A stretch of DNA of 64,000 bases from Acidobacteriota bacterium (GTDB taxonomy: Bacteria > Acidobacteriota > UBA890 > WLXD01): positions 2,400,001 to 2,464,000 of the forward strand of contig CBDFKD010000002.1 in the NCBI GenBank assembly GCA_965248695.1, written 5' to 3'. The notes under the pieces are model-generated. The model did not search any database, was not told the origin of the DNA, and saw only the letters and a list, made by a program, of their open reading frames with translations. Both the position numbers and the translations under genes were made by a program. Below are positions 56,662-64,000 of the stretch, in pieces. The stretch's first letter is position 1; every line of letters starts with the position of its first letter.

Positions 56662-58460
56662 ATGACTGAATCCAGGCCGCGGCTGTTGATCGCTTTGCTG
56701 GCGAGCCTGAGCATATCGGCTTGTCAGCCGTCAACGCAGGACGCGTCGCCAGGCGATGCTGGCAGCCCAGCCGATTTGGTGCTGCAGGGCGGCAAGTTCT
56801 TTACCGTCGACGAAGCCCAGGTTTGGGCTGAAGCCGTCGCGGTCAAGGACGGCAGGTTCGTCTACGTCGGCAACGACGTTGGTGCAGAGAGCTTCGTCGG
56901 TCCCGATACCGATCGCCATGACCTCGGCGGCAAGCTGACGATTCCCGGCCTGGTGGATTCCCATACGCACCCAGGTCTGATGGGGCGGGAGACGGCCGGG
57001 TACACCGCAGTCCCCGTGGGTGGTGGTCCCAGAGGAAGGCTGCCCGGGGGTGGGACCAAGGAGGAGATCTTCGCTGCGGTGGAGGCCTATGCCGAAGCCA
57101 ACCCGGACCTTGCCTGGATCGAGATGGGTAGCTGGTCCGGGGATCTGTACGGCGTCGCGGGCCCACACAAGAGAGATCTGGATCGCGTCGTACCCGATCG
57201 ACCGGTGATGTTAGGAAGCGTCCATAGCCTTTGGGTCAATTCCGTGGCGCTCGAGATGATGGGGGTCGACAGCAACACACCCGATCCGGTACCCGGTCTC
57301 TCATACTTCGTACGGGATGCGGATGGGGAGCCTACCGGCTGGATCAAGGAATGGGCCGCCTGGCCCTATGTGCAGCACCTTACTGACGTTGACCGGGAGG
57401 CCAACAAGGAGGGTATCGACACCTTCTTGGAGTACCTGTCAGGCCACGGCGTTACTACACTCTTGGACGCTGGCAACAACAGCTACCACGATCTCACGTA
57501 CTCGCTGCTTGCCGAGCTAGAGGCAGCCGGTCGCCTGCCGGTTCGCTACGAGGGCAGCGATCACATCTTCTTGCCCGATCAGGTGCCCGGTGCGATCGAT
57601 GAGCTACAGCGGCTGCACCGCACTTACGGCAGCGAGCGTCTGACGTTCAACACGATCAAGATTCACTTCGACGGCACGGACGAGATTCGTACCGGCGCGG
57701 TGCTCGAGCCGTTCAGCGATGACCCGGGCAACCGAGGCGCTACGCTCCTCGACACCGAGGAGTTGAGTGATTTCATCGTGCAGCTTCACGAAGCCCGGAT
57801 CGATTTACACCTGCACATCGTGGCCGACCGGGGCGTTCGCATCGCGCTGGATGCCGTAGAAGCGGCGCGGGGATCGGTCGACGGCGAGCTCTATCCGCGC
57901 GTTACGATCTGCCACCTCGACATCATCGATACGGTCGACTACCCGCGTTTCAAACAGCTGGGTGTCATTGCCAACTACACACCCCAATGGCACGGCCTGG
58001 GAGACAGACCGCCGTTACCCTTGGCGATCGCTTCGAGAGGATGTTGCTGGTGCAGCCGTTACTGGATGACGGTGCGTTGGTCACCTTCTCCAGCGACGTA
58101 ACATCGCTCGGGGGCATGGAGCGGGCCAACCCATATCTGGGAATGCAGATCGGCCACAACCGCCAATACCACGAACAGGGCGAGGCCGCGCCGATAAGGC
58201 TGCCGCTGAGCGAACGGCTGAACCTGGAGGATCTGATCAAGGGATACACCTTGAACGGCGCCTACCAGCTCCGTATGGAGGACCAGCTCGGCTCGATCGA
58301 GGTGGGCAAGCTCGCCGATCTGGTGGTGTTGGATCGCAACCTGTTCGAAATCGATCGCTACGAGATCCACGAGGTTCGACCCGAGGCGGTCATCATGGAA
58401 GGCGAGATCATCAGGGGGAGCTTGGACGGCAGCGCGGGCGCCCGTAGCTCAGCTGGATAG
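56662..58460 (+). pseudogene. Amidohydrolase 3 (YtcJ-like) lipoprotein, frameshifted near 58000
   Basis: PGLVDSHTH, KIHFDG and RVTICH in one frame; FSSD, YTLNGA and GSIEVGKLADLVVL in another (57987..58460). The stop codon lies inside the tRNA fragment. Confidence 0.8.
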
Positions 58461-58476
58461 AGCAGCGGACTTCTAA
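58438..58476 (+). tRNA. tRNA-Arg(TCT) 5' half only (non-functional fragment, att core), copy B
   Basis: 39 nt identical to 52044-52082, ending at the CTTCTAA anticodon loop. Confidence 0.9.
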
Positions 58477-58624
58477 ACCAAACGGTCGCAGTTGGTTCTG
58501 GTTGGCGCTGCTTGGTTCTTCTTTGCTGGCGTTGGTTTGCGTTGGTGCCCGATCACGCCGCTCTTGGCTAGCGTTGGTTCCCGTTGGTGCTGGCTGGTTT
58601 CCCGCGGGCACGATCGTGGGCAGA
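58438..58624 (+). repeat. att-like unit B
   Basis: tRNA half, phased TTGG array, GGGCACG at 58606 and GGGCAGA at 58618. Confidence 0.9.
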
Positions 58625-58769
58625 GTTTGGAACACCCCGATCACGGCTCCGACGATAGACTGTCTGAATACTGCCGCGGTAGGCTGTCACCTGCTGCGCG
58701 AGATGGGCGCTCCCTGGTCCCGCCGAGAGGCAGCGGCGGCGCACGGAGCGCTACGGGTCGGGACGGAGC

Positions 58770-59594
58770 ATGCGAACAGCGGAGGTCGAAGCCACCGGCT
58801 GGCGCGATCGCCTGCACGAGATCATCTTCGAGGCCGAGACACCGGCCGGTAAGAACTTCGACGTCGCGCTGTTGGTTCTGATCGTGCTCAGCGTGGTGAA
58901 CGTCTCTCTGGAGAGCGTCGCCGAGATCCGTGCCGAGCACGGGCTGCTGCTCCGACGCGTGGACTGGGCGATCACCATCCTGTTCACGATCGAGTACGTT
59001 CTCCGGCTGCTGTGCGTCCGCCGGCCCTTGCGCTACGCGCGGTCGTTCTACGGCGTGGTCGACCTGATGGCGGTGCTGCCTGTCTACCTGAGCCTGGTGA
59101 TCTCGGGGTCCCAGTCGCTGGTGGTGGTCCGGACCCTGCGCCTTCTGCGCGTCTTCCGTGTGCTCAAGCTGGCGCACTTCATCGGCGAGGAGCGCGCGCT
59201 GCGGGCGGCACTGCGAGCCAGCTCGCGCAAGATCGTAGTGTTCCTCGGTGCCGTGCTGACGGTGGTGCTGATCGTGGGTGCGGTGATGTACCTCATCGAG
59301 GGGCCGCAGAACGGTTTCAACAGCATCCCGGAATCGGTTTACTGGGCGATCGTCACGATGACGACCGTCGGCTACGGCGACCTTGCCCCCCAGACCGTGG
59401 CCGGCAAGCTCCTGGCGTCGGCGATCATGATCCTCGGGTACGGCATCATCGCCGTGCCCACCGGTATCGTCACGGTGGAGGTGGCCAGCACGCTACGAAC
59501 CTCGACGCGCACGATCGCCTGTCGCGAGTGCGCGATGGAGGGGCACGCCAGCGACGCGGTGTACTGCAAGTTTTGCGGTACGCGTCTCGAGTAG
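58770..59594 (+). CDS. Voltage-gated potassium channel-like ion transporter
   Basis: RTLRLLRVFRVLK S4 helix; TMTTVGYGD selectivity filter; C-terminal CxxC...CxxC. Confidence 0.92.
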   Translation: MRTAEVEATGWRDRLHEIIFEAETPAGKNFDVALLVLIVLSVVNVSLESVAEIRAEHGLLLRRVDWAITILFTIEYVLRLLCVRRPLRYARSFYGVVDLMAVLPVYLSLVISGSQSLVVVRTLRLLRVFRVLKLAHFIGEERALRAALRASSRKIVVFLGAVLTVVLIVGAVMYLIEGPQNGFNSIPESVYWAIVTMTTVGYGDLAPQTVAGKLLASAIMILGYGIIAVPTGIVTVEVASTLRTSTRTIACRECAMEGHASDAVYCKFCGTRLE

Positions 59595-59666
59595 CTGCGA
59601 CAGGATCGACGCGCGTCGCGCTGCACGAAGCCACCGATGTTCACGCTTCAGAGCTCGTGAAGAACC

Positions 59667-61889
59667 CTATTCGTCTATCCCGAAGGCCAATAGCACATTC
59701 CCCGGGCTATTACCGAAAATCGCGTACCCGGATCCCATGTACATCATCCCATCGACGATCGTTGGGGAGGTGGCACCAATCGCGCCGCCGAATGCCGGCA
59801 CTTCGTTAATGGCTTCGTAGGTTCGTTTCGTGGCGTATTCCCAGAGAATCCCGCCGTCCGCCTTTGAATATGCACGGAGTGTCCCTTGGGAAGAGCCGGT
59901 GATTACCGCACCGGGCACTGCGGTTGCCGCCGCCGTGTAACCCGAGGAGCAGGCGTTGAAACCCTCCAGGTCGCAGTCCTCCAGCCCCGGCAGCTCCGTG
60001 TACCAGACGCGCTCCCCCGTCGTCACCCGCAATGCCGCGACGGCTCCGGTCGCGTCCCGGTAGGTCAGCGGACGATAGAAGAGCTCGCCGTCGGACGCCC
60101 CGCCCCAACCCGCCGCGTTGGGAGCAAGCCGGTCGCCGGCCTGGGCTACCCAGAGGACTGCCCCGTTGTTGTCGGGATCCAAAGCGGTGATGCGGCCGCT
60201 CTCCTGTACGCCCAGCAGAACGCGGCGACCGTTCGGTAGGTCGAGCAGAATCGCCTGGTTGACGTCGTCGCCCGGGCCCTGAATGTAGCCAGGACAATTG
60301 ATCACACGCTCGGGACCGTGGCCGCAGCCACCTGAGTCTCGATCCGAGGCCGCAGGAAAGAGGTTGGTCATCCACAACCGTCGGCCGCTATCCATGTCGA
60401 GGGCCAGCATCGAGTTGCAGGCGCCGCCGTCGAAGGTCACGTTGCCGACACCGAAGTGCTCAGTGATGCCGCAGTTCCCGGTGGGCGCATAGATCGCGCG
60501 CCGTTTCTCGTCGATCGCGAGCGAGCTCCAGATGCCGGCGCCGGACGGTCCGAACAGCGGCGTGCCGGCCGAGTTGTTCTTGTCGAGTGGACGAGGCCGC
60601 TCTGGAAGTGCATACGTTTGCCAGACCTTCTCACCGTTCTTCACGTCGACCGCCACGACGTTGCCCTGGAACGTGCAACACTCGTACTCGAGATGGGTAC
60701 CTGGCTGTTCTTCCCACGACGCGACGGGCACATACAGGCGCTCGCCTGAGGAGTCGAGTCTCACGGCGGATGTGATCTTCGCCTGTGGGTGATCATCGGG
60801 GCGCATGGTCCACATCCCCTCGCCCGTCTCGGCGTTCACTCCGTACACGACCCCGCTCATGTCGCCAAAATACGCGCCATGGCGGACCCCCGGAACTCCA
60901 TCGACCGGGCCGATCTTGACCGCGCCCCGGACCGCCGTCTGCGCGCGGTACGACCAGTGAACGCAGCCGGTCTTGGCGTCGAGCGCATAGACGAAGAAGT
61001 TGTCGCTCGTAATGAACAGCGCACCGCCCACCACGCTGGGTTGCGACCAGTTGGCCACCGAGGCATCCGGGATCGCGAAAACCCACTTCAGCTTCAGGCG
61101 CGGGAGGTCCGCGGCGGTGATGCCGCCGACCGCCTCCGACGCGAACCGATGCACAGCGAGCTCGGGATCCCAACCGTTCCAACTGGGTTGGTCGTCCCAG
61201 TTGTCGAGGTTCAGGGGCCTGTCACACTGGTTCGGCATGGCCGACGCCTCGCGGTGGGCAACGCCGCCGAACGGCTTGCCGGTCACGAGCTCGATGGTGG
61301 CGCGCTTGTACTCCTCGTCGTCGAAGATCCGGAAGCGATCGCTCTCGTCATGTGCCGCGATCGGGCGGTGCAACACTGCCAGGAGCTCGTCGGGTTCCAT
61401 TTGCTGGATATCGAACCGTGACGGCATGCTGGCGGGAACGGTCCCTCCCGAAACGGGTCGACCGTCAGGCGAATTGTCGTGGCAGACCGCACACCCGTTT
61501 TCGAAGACACCGACCATCCTTGCCGGATAAACGGTGCGGTCGGCCGCGCTACCGAGAGGCTTGCCGGTCACGAGCTCTGCCATCGCCCGCAGCTCGTCGT
61601 CCGTGAACTCGGACGTGAACTCCACCATGGGCCCTTCCATCAGGGCGATGAGGACCTGCTCCGGTTCCATCTGTCGAAGCGCCGCCCGAGTGGGTGCCAG
61701 GATCTCGTCGCTCTGACTGTCATGACACTCGGCACAGACCGCTTCATACGTCGACACCATGCTGGCGGCGGTGGCCCTCGGTTCCGGCACATCTTGTGCC
61801 TGGACCGGCGCAGTAAGGAGCTGCGTCGTCAATGCGACTACAGCTGCAAACACCGTCACCGAGCTCATCATCAGGGCTCGTCTGAGCAT
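59667..61889 (-). CDS. Quinohemoprotein dehydrogenase (PVA dehydrogenase-like) with two c-type heme motifs
   Basis: CAECH and CAVCH; LKLKWVF; DAKTGCVHW; ECCTFQG; GPSGAGIW; C-terminal GNVLLAF. Confidence 0.85.
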   Translation of the reverse strand: MLRRALMMSSVTVFAAVVALTTQLLTAPVQAQDVPEPRATAASMVSTYEAVCAECHDSQSDEILAPTRAALRQMEPEQVLIALMEGPMVEFTSEFTDDELRAMAELVTGKPLGSAADRTVYPARMVGVFENGCAVCHDNSPDGRPVSGGTVPASMPSRFDIQQMEPDELLAVLHRPIAAHDESDRFRIFDDEEYKRATIELVTGKPFGGVAHREASAMPNQCDRPLNLDNWDDQPSWNGWDPELAVHRFASEAVGGITAADLPRLKLKWVFAIPDASVANWSQPSVVGGALFITSDNFFVYALDAKTGCVHWSYRAQTAVRGAVKIGPVDGVPGVRHGAYFGDMSGVVYGVNAETGEGMWTMRPDDHPQAKITSAVRLDSSGERLYVPVASWEEQPGTHLEYECCTFQGNVVAVDVKNGEKVWQTYALPERPRPLDKNNSAGTPLFGPSGAGIWSSLAIDEKRRAIYAPTGNCGITEHFGVGNVTFDGGACNSMLALDMDSGRRLWMTNLFPAASDRDSGGCGHGPERVINCPGYIQGPGDDVNQAILLDLPNGRRVLLGVQESGRITALDPDNNGAVLWVAQAGDRLAPNAAGWGGASDGELFYRPLTYRDATGAVAALRVTTGERVWYTELPGLEDCDLEGFNACSSGYTAAATAVPGAVITGSSQGTLRAYSKADGGILWEYATKRTYEAINEVPAFGGAIGATSPTIVDGMMYMGSGYAIFGNSPGNVLLAFGIDE

Positions 61890-61934
61890 CGGATTCCTCC
61901 AGTTCGAGAGCCTGAAGCCTATCGCCAGAGCGTT

Positions 61935-62046
61935 CGAGGGTCCACGGGGCGCAAGACCACCCGCTATCCGTCAGTCCACACATCGAAGATGCTCCCTACG
62001 AGAGAGCGGCGAGCTTAGCCGAGGGATGTGTGCTTCCGGCCATCCG
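61935..62046. repeat. About 112-bp dispersed repeat, copy 2
   Basis: Direct repeat of 44004..44115; lies about 95 bp left of the upstream arm of att-like unit C. Confidence 0.85.
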
Positions 62047-62139
62047 GGGCGCGGGGAACCGATCCTGCGCCTGTGAACTGACGAATAGTGGCTATCGCAA
62101 TCCGCATTTCTGGAGATGCGCCGACTCTTGCTAAACTGC

Positions 62140-62400
62140 GGGCACAGTTTGGGCACAATCGGCCTCACAAGAAAACACCGTGCAGCTCCTAAGTGCCCAT
62201 GAATAAAGGGGCGCCCGTAGCTCAGCTGGATAGAGCAGCGGACTTCTAAACCAACCGCGCGCAGTTGGTTCCAGTTGGCGCTGCTTGGCGCTCGTTGGCT
62301 GGCGTTGGTTTGGGTTGGTGCCGAATCAGCTCGGCTTTGGTTCTAATTGGTTCCAGTTGGTGCTGCTTGGTTCCCCGCGGGCACAATCGTGGGCACAATC
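62140..62400 (+). repeat. att-like unit C, the most complete (attP-like, arm repeats on both sides)
   Basis: GGGCACA at 62140 and 62151; tRNA half 62211-62249; TTGG at 62265, 62275, 62285, 62295, 62305, 62315 and 62337, 62347, 62357, 62367; GGGCACA at 62379 and 62391. Confidence 0.9.
62211..62249 (+). tRNA. tRNA-Arg(TCT) 5' half only (non-functional fragment, att core), copy C
   Basis: 39 nt identical to copies A and B. Confidence 0.9.
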
Positions 62401-62440
62401 CCCCGCACCCTCAGCGCACGTCGGGCACCAGCGGTGCCGA

Positions 62441-64000
62441 TCATTGCGAACCGCTGACAGGTATCCGGGCCTTGAGCTCCTCGACCCAGTGTTCCACGAA
62501 GATCATGGCGCCGGTCGACTGGCGCCTCGCGCTTCGCATGAGGAAGCGTTCGCCGTCCGGCGCGAGATCGAAGTGGGGCGCCCCGGCGTAGATAGCGTAG
62601 CCCTGGAGGCCGAACATCCCGGTCGGCGTGCGTGGATTGAAGGTCGGTTCCGTCTCGACCTCGGCGACCATCATCTGTTCGAGCTCCAGAAAAAACAGGC
62701 GCCGGCCATCAGGCGACCACACCGGAGCGACGCCGGAGTTCGCAGAGACCTGCCACTTCCCGGCGTCCGTCTCCGGGAACGGTTGGACGTAGATCTCTGA
62801 GCGGCCAGACTCGTTCGACTGATAAGCGATCCACCGGGCGTCCGGGGACAGCGCCGGTCCCTGCTCGGTGAAGTCGCTCGCGAGAAGCATCTCCACCGTC
62901 CGATCGCCCTCGACCGTAAGCACGCCGATGTCTCCGGGTGTCTGATCGAACACCAGCCGGCCGTCGGCCGACCAGTCCCAGGGGCGCGGTCGATCCGGAC
63001 TCTCCAGAAGCCGCTCAACCTCACCGGTTCCGTCCGCCGCCTTCCAGAACAGCCCGCCGCCGTCGCGATCCGACCGAAATACCACGCGCGAGCTGTCGGG
63101 GGTCCACAGCGGGGTGTCGTCTTGCGCCTCATCGAACGTCAGTCGGAGGAAGGGGCCCTGATCGAGGCGCCAGGTCCATACGTCCGTGTTGCCCTCCTCA
63201 GCAATTGCCATGGCCACTCTGCTTCCGTCCGGTGAGACGCGCACGTCCTGATAGTTTCCCCTGGGAAGACCTGTCGGTGTAGCGGCGACCATGTTCCCGT
63301 CGATGATCTGGTCATGGGTGTTGTCGACCCACACGAGCGAGAACCCTTCCGCCGGCCCGGTCGCTCCCGGGAGATAGATCAGCGCGCCGTTTCGCGCCAC
63401 GCTGAACTGGGAGGTCGCGTTCCCGACCGCCTGCCGGACGCCCTCGACGAGGGGCACCGGTCCCCCAAGGACCTGACGCGTCGCGAGGTCGAACGCGACG
63501 CCGAACACCACGCCGTCCGACGCATAAACGAGATGTCCCGTCTCCACGAAACGGGCGTCTCGTCCGCGGTCGATCAGTACCGCCCGCTCCCCAGTGGCGA
63601 GCGACTGTACGACGATCTGTGCCTCGTCCCATACGCCGGCGCCAGCGTCTGCGGGCCTGAGCGTATACAGCACCCATTCGCCGCCGGGCAGCATCTGAGG
63701 CCCATGTGCGGCTTCGCCTGCCGCCACCGTGATGACGGCCTCAGGCGTGCCGCCGGTGCCGGGCACCCTCCAGATGCCGTCCTGTCCCTGGCCATAGAGA
63801 ATCATGTCGTCGGCGCCCCAACTCGCACCAGACGGGACACTCGCATCGGCGAGCATCACCGGCGCTCCGCCGGTCGTAGCGACCTTGCGCAGTTGCCCGC
63901 CCGCGTGGAAGCCAATCCACTGGCTATCGGGAGAGAAGAACGGCGCTCGAGGCCCCCCGTCAGCGCCCATCAGCGGCGCAGCTGTGATCTCATCGAGTGA
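62441..64000 (-). CDS. TolB/PD40-like beta-propeller region, probably the C-terminus of a Ser/Thr kinase-propeller protein (5' end outside the window)
   Basis: Repeated P.FSPD/WSPDG motifs (PFFSPDSQW, VSPDGSRVA, WTPDSSRV, LSPDARWIAYQSNESGRSEIYV). The kinase domain itself is not visible. Confidence 0.8.
   Translation of the reverse strand, partial: SLDEITAAPLMGADGGPRAPFFSPDSQWIGFHAGGQLRKVATTGGAPVMLADASVPSGASWGADDMILYGQGQDGIWRVPGTGGTPEAVITVAAGEAAHGPQMLPGGEWVLYTLRPADAGAGVWDEAQIVVQSLATGERAVLIDRGRDARFVETGHLVYASDGVVFGVAFDLATRQVLGGPVPLVEGVRQAVGNATSQFSVARNGALIYLPGATGPAEGFSLVWVDNTHDQIIDGNMVAATPTGLPRGNYQDVRVSPDGSRVAMAIAEEGNTDVWTWRLDQGPFLRLTFDEAQDDTPLWTPDSSRVVFRSDRDGGGLFWKAADGTGEVERLLESPDRPRPWDWSADGRLVFDQTPGDIGVLTVEGDRTVEMLLASDFTEQGPALSPDARWIAYQSNESGRSEIYVQPFPETDAGKWQVSANSGVAPVWSPDGRRLFFLELEQMMVAEVETEPTFNPRTPTGMFGLQGYAIYAGAPHFDLAPDGERFLMRSARRQSTGAMIFVEHWVEELKARIPVSGSQ

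Noticed and set aside
52044-62249. Functional tRNA-Arg genes, or intron-split tRNAs
   Set aside because: No T arm (GGTTCGA.TCC) or 3' acceptor strand follows any copy, and the downstream DNA shows no group I intron-like features.
62260-62372. CRISPR array
   Set aside because: The period is 10 bp with a 4-5 nt motif; there are no 25-45 bp repeats with unique spacers and no cas genes.
52098-62800. ORFs starting inside the TTGG arrays (52098, 52180 extension, 58492, 58502, 62265, 62285)
   Set aside because: TTG starts arise from the repeat motif; the frames are not conserved between copies and have no RBS.

Overview
GC-rich bacterial window. The kinase-associated TolB/PD40-type propeller at the right end suggests an Acidobacteriota-like host, but that is inference only. 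There are about 45 accessory genes, mostly catabolic or transport, many with Sec or Tat export signals. They sit as single genes or short modules of uneven base composition, with cut-off gene stumps at several junctions. Recognisable items include tctCBA, xsc-tpa (taurine catabolism), a divergent enolase with a glycerate kinase, selO, two Tat-tagged Rieske oxygenases, higBA, and two inverted copies of a 1260-bp IS3 element, one of which splits an aminotransferase gene. The main non-coding signal is a co-oriented series of att-like sites. Three copies (52044, 58438, 62211) carry the same 39-bp 5' half of tRNA-Arg(TCT), cut at the anticodon loop. Each is followed by an array of TTGG motifs phased at 10 bp and a GGGCAC direct-repeat pair exactly 168 bp from the tRNA start. 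Two eroded copies lie at 11327 and 36885. Completeness increases left to right and no integrase is present. I interpret this as a polarised tRNA-anchored array that accretes metabolic cargo units, and predict an intact tRNA-Arg(TCT) downstream of the window.
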